Of a stretch of 49,422 bases of DNA, positions 36,157 through 49,422 are shown one piece after another. The stretch is from Octopus bimaculoides. Taxonomy: Eukaryota. The DNA lies in NCBI RefSeq assembly GCF_001194135.2, contig NC_068984.1, positions 42,550,240 through 42,599,661 on the forward strand, written 5' to 3'. Position 1 is the stretch's first letter. Each line of letters opens with the position of its first letter. The position numbers and the translations under genes are program-made. Below the pieces are notes generated by a model. The model saw only the letters and a program-made list of their open reading frames with translations, was not told the origin of the DNA and searched no databases.

Positions 36157-37807
36157 TGTGTGTACATATATTTTGTGCATTTCGCAACACTGTAGGGGGA
36201 ATAGACTGTTGTGTCTTGACAAAAATATTGCAGTATCTCTAAAATTTAGATATATCTAAATCTTTAAATACATATTCGCTTTCTTGTTCTCCAACTTTCT
36301 ATCTATATTCACACACACAAACACACACACACACACATACATACACACACGCACGCACGCACACATACATACACTTAACAAAAATGTTTTCTTGTGTAAT
36401 GATTCTTCAGTAAGAGTGGTAAAGAGCATCAGGTTTATACAAAAATAAAATGCTATGTAAGAGTAGCTAAAAGGAAGAGAGACGCTTCAAAATATAATCA
36501 TTATTTATATTAAACAACTACACAACTACACAATACTGTCTGTTTAATCCTTAACCCTGAGTCCAACCAAATTTATTGTTTTGCCAATGAGCTCGTCCCA
36601 AGCGAGACAGAATATATTTCGTTGAGCTTGTTGTTATGGATTCAAGTGCTAGGATTCAGACTTCCGTCTTTGAGTGGTTTATTGCAAATAGTCTAACCAT
36701 ATTCCTATGAAATTGTCATCCCTTAAATGCATGATATAACTTATACCTTCTTCTTATATGAATATATGGACGAGTGATGCCTCCAGCGGCGAAATTATGC
36801 ACTCTGGTGTAAAATTGTAATCCGTTTAACTGTTTAGCCGAAATAGTTGAAGAACAACAACATACTGACCGAATTTATGAACTTCATGTTTCAGCTATTT
36901 CCGTATATCTGGATTTGTACGTCACGGTGTAGGCAATACAATTCTCATATGCCTCTCACCACAGTTATGCTGATGAAGGCATCATGCGTTCATATATTAG
37001 TGTGAGCATTTGGTTGCTAAAAATACGAACATATTCGAAGTTATAAACTACATCATGTATTCGTTTCAACATGTGGTTTCATCTTAATTTCAAGTGTCGG
37101 TTCAAAAACACGCGCACTCAANNNNNNNNNNNNNNNNNNNNNNNNNNNNNNNNNNNNNNNNNNNNNNNNNNNNNNNNNNNNNNNNNNNNNNNNNNNNNNN
37201 NNNNNNNNNNNNNNNNNNNNNNNNNNNNNNNNNNNNNNNNNNNNNNNNNNNNNNNNNNNNNNNNNNNNNNNNNNNNNNNNNNNNNNNNNNNNNNNNNNNN
37301 NNNNNNNNNNNNNNNNNNNNNNNNNNNNNNNNNNNNNNNNNNNNNNNNNNNNNNNNNNNNNNNNNNNNNNNNNNNNNNNNNNNNNNNNNNNNNNNNNNNN
37401 NNNNNNNNNNNNNNNNNNNNNNNNNNNNNNNNNNNNNNNNNNNNNNNNNNNNNNNNNNNNNNNNNNNNNNNNNNNNNNNNNNNNNNNNNNNNNNNNNNNT
37501 ATATATATATATATATATACAGTTGACAGGAATTCTTAAACTTTTAAGAGAGCGTGGAATTATTCTTGTTTTGAAATTGGTTTTGGAAGTACACATACGG
37601 CTATATATAATAGATAAATAAATAAATAATAGAATGTAAATATTAGGTTGAAAAATTCCTCTGTGGTTAGGAAAATGGAAGGCAGTTAAGCCACGTATAT
37701 CACTCAAGAACCTAGTGTTTTGCGCATGGCAAATTATAAATAGCAAATATTGTTTTATATTGTAGAAGACATTATTGTGATTGTTCTAGAGACTTCTATA
37801 ACTACAA

Positions 37808-37901
<94 letters not shown>

Positions 37902-39578
37902 TACTGAAGTGTCAGGTGATAAAACAATATTTTCAAAATCTGGCTCTAATAGTAAGATTTCGAAAATGCGAAAACGTTATGGATTACAGAATAATTTATA
38001 ATGGCTTTCGCTGGAAGCGTCCAAGAAAAATATAAATACATATTCTACTGTGTAAAGTGCAAGCTTGTAACTTATAAGATAGTTTGATAAATGTCACGCA
38101 CGAAACTCCGCAGCCACCCCCTGCACCATCACAACCATCTCCAACAACAACAACAACAACACATCCACCATTTTCATCATTACTATCATAATAATCAGAA
38201 TCATCAGCATCAGTACATGATCAACTTTAGCCTGCAAATTTCTGATGTTATTAGAGTATAAGTAAAAAATATACGTGAAGATCTGCTCAGGCTCTCTGCA
38301 TTTTAAGTTCAAATCCTGAAGACGTCAGCTTTACCTTTTATATTTTCGAGCGCGATTAACAAAAGTACTAGTCCAGAGTGGTGGTTTGATGGAATATTAG
38401 AGCGTGGGATAGGATTGTTCCACCTCTTTGTGTTCCGCGTTCATGAGTGGTAGACTTCATTTGCTGCCTAGTTTAATGTCCTTCCCTGGTCCTTGTATTC
38501 CTGTAGTCGGGATCTCTTTCTGTTACAAGTCTTCCATCAGATCAAGTCTGAGATTCGAGGCTAACTTTTTCCCTTCAATCCATTTGTCTCCGAGGATCCT
38601 AAAAGGGAAATGCTGGAAGTTGTTGCACTTACTCTCTGACTAAATGGTAATAAGAATTATAACTACTATCACCACAATAAAACTACAACCAGCATTATAA
38701 ACATTAGTGTCCTCATCACTCCGTGTGAACTCCAATACCTACCAAACAAATAAAATAATTAACCATATTTTCAATTTTCCCGCCACTATATCGGAACCGC
38801 ACCGTATTGTCAGCATGATAAAAAATACCACTTCAAAGTAGAGTATCGTTTTTTTTTCCGATCTACAATCATAAAGTATATGACAATGGCTCATATATTC
38901 AATTCTCGTTCAAATATAATCGTTATACAATGTTTAGACATCTAAAAGAAAACTCTGAATATATTTCTTGAGATAAACGTGTGAAATTACACAATCAGAA
39001 AACTAAATACATACATCGAGATGCCTGTAAATACACACGAATAAACACATACTCATACACGTCTTGGAATGTTTATCAAATACAGAACGAACATTTTCTA
39101 CAGATCCTTTGTCAGGATCTCCATTCCAATGTCACTCAGTCTCTTGAACAGCTGTTTCAGTGTTGTACCCGGTGAACTTTTGGCAATAGAAATAACTCAT
39201 TCGCATATCCTGGAGTTTTCGTAGTTTCTTGCGCAAATATAGATACTTTTTACTTAGTTCTTTGATTTTTTAGATTTTTTAGCTTCAAATGTTACTATAT
39301 ATGGTAATTTGTACCGAAAAAGAACTCTCATAGACCTTCCAATCATAATTCTCATAAACTGAGCAGGCTTGTTTATATATTCACGCTTCATTTATATTCT
39401 TTTGGTATTAATTAATTATATATANNNNNNNNNNNNNNNNNNNNNNNNNNNNNNNNNNNNNNNNNNNNNNNNNNNNNNNNNNNNNNNNNNNNNNNNNNNN
39501 NNNNNNNNNNNNNNNNNNNNNNNNNNNNNNNNNNNNNNNNNNNNNNNNNNNNNNNNNNNNNNNNNNNNNNNNNNNNNN

Positions 39579-39615
<37 letters not shown>

Positions 39616-40075
39616 TATTTATATATACATATCAGTATATGAACACTTACCTACATTTCATGTACTCAATATTGCTAATTTGTGAATTAGGCTTTTACAC
39701 AGCTATAGTTTTTCAATCTTGAATTGCTAAGTTTTTGTTTTTATATTTTTTAGCTTCCAAGTTTTACACTTGTTCATTATTTATCTACTGCAATGCAACA
39801 CTTCATTTCCATTTTTCCGTCTTTTCTCTTGATTTATTAATTTATTATCATTATTTTTATTTTTATTTTTATTTTATTTTATTTTATTTTATTTATTCAT
39901 TTATTTATTTTTTTGCTGAATCCGTGATTTGCTACAATTAATTACATGCATCGTTAGGAGATTTCTTGGGCGTTTATACATTTCACAACATTATCTCTAT
40001 CCTTTTTTCCTTGTGAAGAATGGTTAATGTTTAGATATAATTTCTATAGAGTGTATCGCAATATTAGTTTTATCG

Positions 40076-40466
40076 AAGGCAGCGAACTGGCAGGATCATC
40101 GTTAGCACGCATAGCAAAATACCGAGCGGAATTTCGTCCGTCATTACGTTCTAAGTTCAAATTCTGCCGAAGCCAACTTTGCCTTTCGTCCTTTCGACAT
40201 CGATAAAATAAGTACCAGTTGAGCACCCATCCCCAACTTGCTGGCCTTGTGCCAAAACTTGAAACCAATATCAGTATTATCTAAGGTGGCGAGCTGGCAG
40301 AGTCGTTACCGCACCGGGGAAAATGCTTAGGGGTATTTCTTCCGACATTGCCTTTCATCCAGTCGGAATCAATAAAGTAATTACCAGTTGAACACTTGGA
40401 TTGATATAATCAACTTATCTCCTCCTCCGAACTTGCTGGTCTTGTGCCAAAATTTGAAACCAATAT
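40076..40466 (+). mobile_element. two tandem SINE family A copies (40076-40275; 40283-40466)
   Basis: Two consecutive AAGG.GGCGA.CTGGCAG..GTGCCAAAA.TTGAAACCAAT units separated by ~10 bp. Confidence 0.8.
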
Positions 40467-41345
40467 ATATCTCTTTTTCCTCCAATTTTTCATTTCCTTC
40501 TCTCTCAAATATTTCTCTATTAATCACACTTATGTGATCTAGTTCTCTTCTTATTTCAATGATATAATTCTCCTCTTCACTAAAAGAGTGAACACTCCCA
40601 CATTTTCTCTTTTGTCTTCACTTTGATACAAGTATGATATAATTGTCAACTTTATTTTAATCTAAATTTCTCTGTTGAACTTTTATAAGAGACTATCATT
40701 AATAGAACTCTTACTTACGGTGGGAGAAATATAAATTATTCATGAAAATTAGGTTACTGATTCCTTCTCAACTTAGCTGGCCCTTTTGTATATGTCAAAG
40801 GAGTCCCTTCAACATAATTGAAGAAAATGAATCACCTTGAGAAATTCTCGTTTTTTTTTTTATCTCACTCGTCACATTTTACCACAGGATACTGACAGCC
40901 TCTATGATAGCATGGTGGTCTCAGTAATATTATATTCGTCATTAATATAGGGAAGTTTTAGGCATTCCAGTATTCAAGAACGGGAGATCATATGCCTTGA
41001 GGTACTTAATAATTATTACATTTTCTTGTTTATTACTTTCTGAAGCAGCAATCTGTCAATACACAGCAAACCAGTCGTTTCCCAAGCTTTCCTTCAGGAT
41101 TCTTTGTTTCTAGAAAGAAGAATATGTTATATTTATACATGCATATTCAACAAATGCAAATATATAAATATTATCGGATGAACGTATATTCGTCTTTTCA
41201 TTGGAATTTTTTCCTTAGTTTTCTGAAGTCTTTCCTTTATACTATACTTTCGAATTTTTTATTAGAAAAATCGTATAGGTATGAATGTTTGTATAGAAAT
41301 ATTCAGTATATGACTTAACTTATTAAACAAAGGTCAACTAATTCA

Positions 41346-41387
<42 letters not shown>

Positions 41388-41477
41388 NNNNNNNNNNNNN
41401 NNNNNNNNNNNNNNNNNNNNNNNNNNNNNNNNNNNNNNNNNNNNNNNNNNNNNNNNNNNNNNTATATATATGAATGA

Positions 41478-41530
<53 letters not shown>

Positions 41531-41944
41531 TGTATGTATGTATGCATATATAATTTCATCATATTTTTAGCCATGTCAGTAATTTCCTCAACAATACCAT
41601 TTGGATGATTGTATTTTTTCTCTTTACATCACTTTTTCATCTTTACCATCAATAGTAAGAATTGTTCTCCGTTTTGTCACCTGTTATAGATGACATACCA
41701 GTTATGCATAGGTCAAGGTGCACTGGTTACTACAGGTGTGTGTGTGTGTGTGCGTGCAGATGAAGTGCAGGCACATGATTAAGCATACACACGCACGCAC
41801 GCACGCACTCACACACACACACACACACACACACATATGCAAAGTGACGATGAATAGATTCTTCAAGACGCTAGCCTAGCATGGCCACAGCCCAGTGATA
41901 GAAAAAGGTACGAAAGATATAGAATAAATGAACACCTTTTACTT

Positions 41945-42295
41945 GTCTTTGGACAGCAGTCATGCTAGGGAACGCGTTAAAGGTTTTTAATCCATACTTA
42001 TTTTTCTTTAAAGCCTGGTACTTATTCTATCCGTCTCTTACCGAAGCACTAAGTTACGGGTATGTAGAGAAATTAACTCCAGTTGTCAAGCAGTAGGTAG
42101 GGACAAACAAACACAAAGACTCACATACATAAATATATACGATGGAGTTCTTTCAGTTTCCGTCTACTATATCCACTCATAAGGTTTTTGTTGGCACAGG
42201 GCTTAGTAGAAGACACTTGCCCACGGTGCTGCGTAAAGACCTGAACCTGGAAGTATGTGGCTGGGAAGCGAACGTTATACCACGCAACCACGTCT
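41945..42295 (-). mobile_element. diverged full-length SINE family B
   Basis: Tail, short CA/TA linker and head (CAGTTTCCGTCTACT..GAAGACACTTGCCCACGGTGC..TGAACCTGGAA) in the same order as 34451-34865. Confidence 0.7.
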
Positions 42296-44515
42296 GCACC
42301 TATATACTTTTTTCTCTTATATCAGTGAAGTGAGTTATAGTTACAATTTGTTCTAGCTATACTGGAAAATATGTGTATCCCTTACTGACATCAGGAGTGT
42401 CGTCATTTACAAAAATGAAGATCATTATTGAGGTGTCACTGTGTTGCGTATAGAGTTAGAATTATTTTATGGAATGTCATTTGAAGTTCTTTCATATAGG
42501 CATAAATAATAGTAACTATAAGGCTTCGTTTCTTAAAAGGGGGTGGGGAACGGTAAAAATTTCAAATCAATCTCTAGTCCCAACTCAGTATTGTTGTTCG
42601 TGTCAGCGCCATGCTTGTGGTTCACAGCATTCAGAATTCTACTGTAAAAACTTGTCATTTCTTTAACATTTTGTGTTTAGATTTATACATATATCTGGTG
42701 TATCGATTCGGTTTTTCAGTAAAATACTGGAGAATTTAATCTCACAAGCTTTTAAGCAAAGTGGCATGCTTTGCGATCCTTATCAAGAAATTTTATCATG
42801 CTGACAACCCAGTATTGTTAGAATAGTTGCAGAAAATATTGTAAACTATGAGCAATTGTTTTTGTAGCCTTGGAAAATCTGTTGAATGACTTCACGCCGT
42901 TCATTTCTTCAGAGTGAGTAAAACTTGTTGATGTGAATGTATTGATAGTGAATTTCGAAAATTATACTTGCTCTACAAGTGATTACATTAGCTATTTCTA
43001 GCATTTTTAGAGTATTTTCCGCGGTTCATGATACATTAATAAATCATCAATTGCTTTGAGATTTTTTGCAAACACCTCGCAGATGCAAGCGTTCGCAGTT
43101 GAAAGCTCCGCATACCAGACGCTAGCAAGTTTATGGGGTCATCAGGAGAGAATGCGCACCGTTTTGAGGCCTATCTCTCGACGGCATCATTGCGCACCCG
43201 TTCCACCTCACTGAAATGAGGCTCCATTTGCTAGATCAACTGGTTATTAAGTTTCGCTCAATATTCTTCTAGTCATTGTCATTGTCGCTTTTCAATCAAA
43301 TCAAGTTGTTTGCCTTTTCCACTGTTGTTTGGATATCTCTCATAACGGTACTTGCAAGATTTTAAAAGCTAAATTATCTTAATTTCTTGAGTTTGCTCAG
43401 TTTTTCAAATGAGAGTTTAATTTAAGGATGAATTATGTGTATGGTCGCAAGTAATTAAAAACTTACCCCTAAAATTAGCATTTTATTTTGATGACCTTTA
43501 AACAGAATTCCTGGATCTTTCAAGCACATCTCCAATTAAAACCATCGTAACTGTACTCAAGAGTTATTTTCAGTGATTAACGCGGGTTACGAAAGAATAC
43601 CGTGAATAGCGAATTATTTTTTAAATCACAATATGCAATAACATCTATATTTGATCATTCTGATGGGAAATAATACAATGTTTTTTTAAAAAAACTCCAT
43701 TGTTTATGTTATTGAACTTTTCTATACTCGCTAATCATGTACTCAATACAAGAGATGTTATCCTGAAACACTTGCAGAATACTGTCGACTGGGAAAAAAT
43801 GTCTTTCTTAAGAGTCATAAACTATCAATCTCTTGGTGGCAATGCATTATGACCTGCCATGCTTGTTCTCATAAGGCGTATGTGCCACACCAACGTTTCT
43901 AGACACTTTAGTCTGCCTTAATTAAAAGGAATTCATACACGGATACATGCATATGTGTGTGTGTTTAAGTATCTACGTATGTACGTATTTAGGTATATGT
44001 GTGAGTGAGCGTGTTTTATGTACAAGCATGCAGAATTGTTGAAAGGGGAATATATATATATACGTATTCTTGTGTATGCACTTTAACCTTTTATTTGATC
44101 TAAAATACAAACATCCCGAAGGAATTTATAATTTAATACAGAGCCTTTTGCTTGGAGACGTACTTCTCTCTATTATTCACTTATCGTTCTTTATCCTATG
44201 TATGTGTAGACGTATGTGAGTATGCGTATGTGTGCGTGAGTATATCACACAGGCACGTGCAGACACATACACACGCACACGTAACGTATACACACACATG
44301 GATACATATGTATGTATGTAAGTATGATATATTTGTGTAAATATATGTGTGTATAGGTATGCGTCTGTGTGTGTATATGTGTGAGTTGGGTTGTGTTTTT
44401 TGTGTTTATATAATTTATATGTTTTCACCACACTCTCAAGGCTTGAAGAATCCTAATTTCAGTCTGTTTCTGAAACACTCGAAAAATTCTTGTCTCACTA
44501 GCAATACATCCTTAC

Positions 44516-44550
44516 CCGAATCATCAGCTACTCTGAAATCCCATTTATTG
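44516..44550 (-). CDS. candidate 35-nt exon
   Basis: Acceptor CTCTTTTTTGAACCAG| and donor CGG|GTAAGG. One open frame, NKWDFRVADDS. No homology recognised. Confidence 0.2.
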
Positions 44551-44602
44551 CTGGTTCAAAAAAGAGCGGTGACGAGTAGTGATGAAGGGCGAGTTTAATT
44601 AG

Positions 44603-44643
<41 letters not shown>

Positions 44644-46106
44644 ATCTATCTATCACTCTATCTATCTCCACACACACATATACACGCATATTTGTATATA
44701 CAATCGCACACAATTGCACACATATATAAAAATATATACATATTGATACACACACNNNNNNNNNNNNNNNNNNNNNNNNNNNNNNNNNNNNNNNNNNNNN
44801 NNNNNNNNNNNNNNNNNNNNNNNNNNNNNNNNNNNNNNNNNNNNNNNNNNNNNNNNNNNNNNNNNNNNNNNNNNNNNNNNNNNNNNNNNNNNNNNNNNNN
44901 NNNNNNNNNNNNNNNATATATATATATATACATACATACATGCACACACATACACACACTTATATATGTATGTGTACAATTTTGGAACTCAACATGCCAT
45001 TTCAAGGGAGACCGATATCATCTCTTTTTTTTTTATTTATTCTCCTCATTCTTTCCATTTCTCTTCTATCCGTACACTCTGTTTTTCTGTCTTGTATATT
45101 CTTCTTCTCCCTCTTTCACACACACACATATATATATATATACCTTTCATCTGTCTTTCTTTTACACCAACCTTGTTACGATATTTTCTAAACAAATTTT
45201 TCATCTTCACCGTATTTCCAGCTTCTCATTTGTTTTGTTTCATTTCACTGACTTTACACACTCGCCTCCAGCTCCGACCCCCCTCTGTCTTTCTCTCACT
45301 GTCTCTCTTCCTTTTTTTTTTTTTCATGGCTCCCGCTCCAATCTACTTCTGTTGTTTGTTTTCTATCCTGTATCTATCTTTTCTGCTTGTTTTTCTGCTT
45401 TTCTATCACCCGTGTCTTCAATTTTTGTCTTTTCTTCACCTCTTTTCTTCTCGTACAGCAAGAAGTACTATCCCACCTCTCTCATGCTCAATGGCTCATA
45501 CACAAGCCAAGACACCGTAGAATTTATTTCGGGATTTTGATGCCTCCATGTTCGGAGCATTTAGTACAGAAAAATAAATAAATAAATGGAGAGAAAACAA
45601 ATAAAAGGAATAATAACAAAAAAAAAAAAAAAAGAATGTTGAGAGTAAATAGAGGTGAGAAAGAGAAAAAGACAGAGTATAAACGATATCAGAGAGTGAA
45701 AGAACGGGTGAAGTGGGGGAAAAGAGAAGTATGTAGAAGTAGAAATAGGAAAACAAATGGAAGGGAAAATTTAGAAAGTAATGTAAGATATAGTAAAAGG
45801 TAGCAGGGGAGGAGTGTGTGTGAGAGAGAGAGAGAGAGAGTGAAAGTAAGGGAGTGGGTGAGAGAGGGAGAAAAAGCAACAGATGTAAAGTGCAGTAGAA
45901 AGAAAAGGTGGGAAAATAAAGAATACTACAGAGACGCACCAGTCCTCACTCTGCCTACTCATAATGTATAATGCATATGTATATATGCATATGTATCTAT
46001 TAAAACTGTTTCCGTCTTCTGTATTACATATATACACCTATGTATGAATTTATCTCTCTATATATTTGTGTGTGTGTGTACGTGTGTCTATTTATCTATC
46101 TATGTA

Positions 46107-46186
<80 letters not shown>

Positions 46187-46339
46187 TGTGTTTCATCTTT
46201 TACTTGCTTCAGCCCGTAAAATATGGTTACGCTATTATGCTAGGGCCCATATGTGTTGCTACACTTTTATTGATCTTCCTTTTTTTCTGTTGTAATTTAG
46301 TGAGAGAATTCAAAGTTGCTGCCCTCAGTGCCCGAGAAA

Positions 46340-47640
46340 CAGGCACATCTTGAATTCTAGACAATAGAAGGTAGAGTTGAATTTTCTGAAGACTCTTACA
46401 TTCATGCCATGTCGCTTTCCCCACTCTTTCGGTAGGATACTGAAAGGCTGTAGACCTTTGAACGCTAGGTTATTGCAGTTTCTGGCCTTAAATCTGAATG
46501 GCACAGATATGGTCTACGGCAGTATGCTGTGGTACCCTTTTCGTAAATTAGCATAATTTTGAATGGGAAAGCTTGGTGCAAGTTTTTCTAAGATCTTCCA
46601 GGCATATATTACTGTAGTTCTCCCCAATCATCGTTTTAGGGAGTAGAGTCTTATCTTTTACAAATTTAATAACTGATATCTTCGTCTGGCAGCATTGATT
46701 TGATTCATGTTCGCTTATTTAATTTTGTTATATGTAGTGATCACAATTGGAATTGATAGTCTAGTAGGCTACAACTGATGTCCACATGACCATCATGGTT
46801 TCTCGTCCTCTTCTTCTGAAAGGTCTTAGAATCTATCCGGCTAGCCACCAACACTTCATTGCCATCTTAGTAATAGGCACATGGAAAGATTCATCACTTC
46901 TCATGTTAATTCTCAGGCAGCTTTGGGACTGCAATCTGTTGTTTTTGTGTATTTCGTTTGTACTGTATTTACCTTTGTCTGTTGAAAGTGAAGGGCTTGG
47001 GCGTTTTCGGTAGGCCGTTGCATACTACTTTCTCCAGCCCACTCATATATAGCATTTGAATTATGTTATAAGTGTATAGCATCTCTACGAGTCTTTATTT
47101 CCAGCAATATTTTGTATTATTTTCATAGCTAGGGATTGTGGCTGCTTTTTATAGCTGAGGATATGTTGAGAGATCCGCCATGAACAGTAGTTGCTCCATG
47201 ACAGTATACTTTGGGATACCCTTTCCTATGTCATGCAGCCATTCTCCCAGTTTTCCGACAATACCGAGATGACACAGTTGTGAGATAATTCTATGGTCAT
47301 CATCGAATGCTTTCGTAAAGTCGATATATATTTTATAATAATTTAAGGATTTGAGTGACTGTTTTAACATCTGTTGGGACTATGTTAGGCAACTTCTTAC
47401 TGCTCAAAACTAATTCGGCGTTAGCAAGTCGTTTTCAAGGAACGTGATTAATTTCCTTCTTACGATACGTTCTATAACTTCGCTGACATGTGAAGTCAAA
47501 GTGAGAGATTTGTTCATTTTAGAATCTGCTCTGCTTCCGCCTTTACAAATGGGATATATTATGCGTTTAGAAGCTAGCCACTTGCCAGGATACTCTAGAA
47601 TAAAGATTGTAGTAGTTTTGCCAGGGCTCGTTCACACGTT
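46340..47640 (-). mobile_element. decayed CR1/L2-type LINE reverse transcriptase
   Basis: Frameshifted RT motifs: KGGSRAD..SLTLTSHVSEVIERIVRRKLITFLENDLL, RSCLT, IYIDFTKAFD, LGIVGKLGEWLHD, GIPKYTVMEQLLF (GVPQGxVLGPLLF), SYENNTK (YADDTK), and C-terminal LLLSRIQDVP. Confidence 0.9.
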
Positions 47641-48043
47641 TTCAAATGAGGATGAGAAGTTATCGTAAATATCAAATATTCTCTAAAACTGAAATGCCGC
47701 TTCAATAAATAATAGATACATATATATATATATATACTTACATATGTATATACACAGGTGCAAACGTACGTATGCATGTTTATTGCTATATGTATGTATA
47801 TACATATGCATATAAATCCATGTTACATTATATTGATATATATGCACATATCATTGTACATATAAATATATATAAATTATATAAATCTGTATATATTCAT
47901 ATATACAGTTCTATGTATGTATATATCAATATAGACGTAAATGTGCAGCAGGAGCATTTGATCATTATAAACAAATCATTTGTGCAGGTCGTTCGGCAAA
48001 AGCTGAACACTCATATGTCATCTTCAACAGGAGAGTCCATTAT

Positions 48044-48116
<73 letters not shown>

Positions 48117-48199
48117 CACAGACATATGAGTGTGCGTTAGTATGTATAATTGGAAGAGGAATAAACATACCAAAAGTAGCAAAGGAGTGACAGATACTT

Positions 48200-48268
<69 letters not shown>

Positions 48269-49054
48269 ATGCGGCGTGGACTTTGAGAAAGAGAAAATAA
48301 GCGAGAAAGAAATTTCAAGAATGAGTTGGAGACTGGAATAAACACATAACGCATGAAATGCTTTAACCCATCCTCACGTACCAGATCAACATTCATCCCT
48401 ACTTCATCTCAAGTGTTCCTTTTTATTTGGGAGGTCTTGTGACGATTCCATACCCATATATATCATCTTATAACGCGGGGAAAAAGTTGAACATGAACAT
48501 GGTTTCAATTTACATTTGACCATTTCTCTAGTTGCTGCCGCTGTTTCACTACTGTTAAAAAGTCTTTGAAAATATCTTCTCAGTTTCGCTGTCAATTGCA
48601 ACCCGCTTTTGCTTCTTACTTGACAACAGTTTGCTTCATCTATGTTTTCAAGAGAGATATAAGCATCACAATGTTTTTTTCTTTCCTCTTCTGTTAATTT
48701 TTAGTCCTGTAATAAGTCATTTCTGTTACAAGCACATTGGAAGGAAAATACATACCTATTTGTAATCTCCTAATGAGCCGAAATCGGGAGATTCTCCGTT
48801 TAAAGACAACTTTATACTATAAGCGTTGTGGCAAAAATGCTTGACTGTCACGTGAGCTTATTTTACCTTCTATAGATATGTGGTTTATAAAGAATAAGAA
48901 ATCATTTTATTGCGACCGAGAATACGTAAATGGATGACACTATAAAACTTTCCTACATATTTTCTGGTGCATTAGTTATTTCATGGCTAAGTCATTGTTG
49001 TTGAACCGAAGTTTCATGTTCTATTACGCTCACTAAATGCTTAAAATATACCAA

Positions 49055-49218
49055 TTGGCAAAGGTATATCACTAGCGCAAAATTTTGTTAGCCTGCCTTT
49101 ACCTTTCATCCTATCGGAGTCGATAAAATAAGAACCAGTTGATCACTAGGGTCAAGGTAATCGACTTAATCTTTCCCCCTAACTTCTTGGCCTTTTGCCA
49201 ACATTTGAAACCAATATT
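49055..49218 (+). mobile_element. diverged SINE family A copy
   Basis: CTTTCATCCTATCGGAGTCGATAAAATAAGAACCAGTT..TTTGAAACCAAT. Confidence 0.7.
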
Positions 49219-49422
49219 TTTCTGATGATTCATGCCCATATCTATATGTGTCCAGAGACATGATTATGAATTAGATATTTGTGTGTATGCATGCAGTGTG
49301 TGTGGGTGGGGTGGGGGGTGGGGGGGCGTGTATGTCATCCGAACTAACTCGATCGATAAGAATTGCAGTTTGTTAATGTTGTAGTGGTGCACATTTTGTA
49401 GAATAGTGTACTTTTCATTATT

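Noticed and set aside
36582-36610. Twister-ribozyme-like words TGCCAATG..CTCGTCCCAAGCGAG
   Set aside because: The loop resembles twister L4 but is one C short for P4, and the required downstream GAGGG/P2/P1 partners are absent.
36840-36902. Second hairpin ~1 kb from the miRNA candidate (GAAATAGTTGAA..TTCAGCTATTTC)
   Set aside because: Only ~12-15 bp of AT-rich pairing with large asymmetric bulges, which is expected by chance.
36970-36995. CTGATGAAGGCATCATGC hammerhead-like start
   Set aside because: No GAAA or stem III follows.
38420-38640. Protein-like minus-strand peptide SESKCNNFQHFPFRILGDKWIEGKKLASNLRLDLMEDL (and a similar one at 39100-39200)
   Set aside because: Short, bounded by stops, with no recognisable family or consistent splice sites. 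Possibly old TE debris.
48620-48690. Minus-strand candidate exon EERKKHCDAYISLENIDEANCCQ with GTAAGA donor
   Set aside because: The acceptor lacks a pyrimidine tract and no homology is recognised.

Overview
AT-rich, microsatellite-saturated eukaryotic intronic or intergenic DNA from a gapped short-read assembly (11 N-runs, most abutting a simple repeat). The SINE families resemble those I recall from octopus (coleoid cephalopod) genomes; this is recall, not a database result. No intact host gene can be supported: the ORF track is almost all microsatellite, gap or transposon artefact, and only a few short candidate exons with good splice signals were seen. Recognisable elements are two mariner relics, two CR1/L2-type LINE reverse-transcriptase fragments, a decayed restriction-like-endonuclease (RLE) retrotransposon C-terminus, two tRNA-type SINE families in many copies, a 565-bp (TAA)n-tailed retroposon, an hAT-like MITE and a Penelope-like terminal repeat. 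The most notable unexplained structures are a pre-miRNA-like hairpin in unique sequence (35742-35822), a minimal hammerhead ribozyme fold with a non-canonical core (34262-34298), a 73-bp-arm near-perfect palindrome (4436-4594), an inverted copy of nearby sequence inside a SINE (23513-25355) and a mariner element built from two 5' ends (21381-22114).
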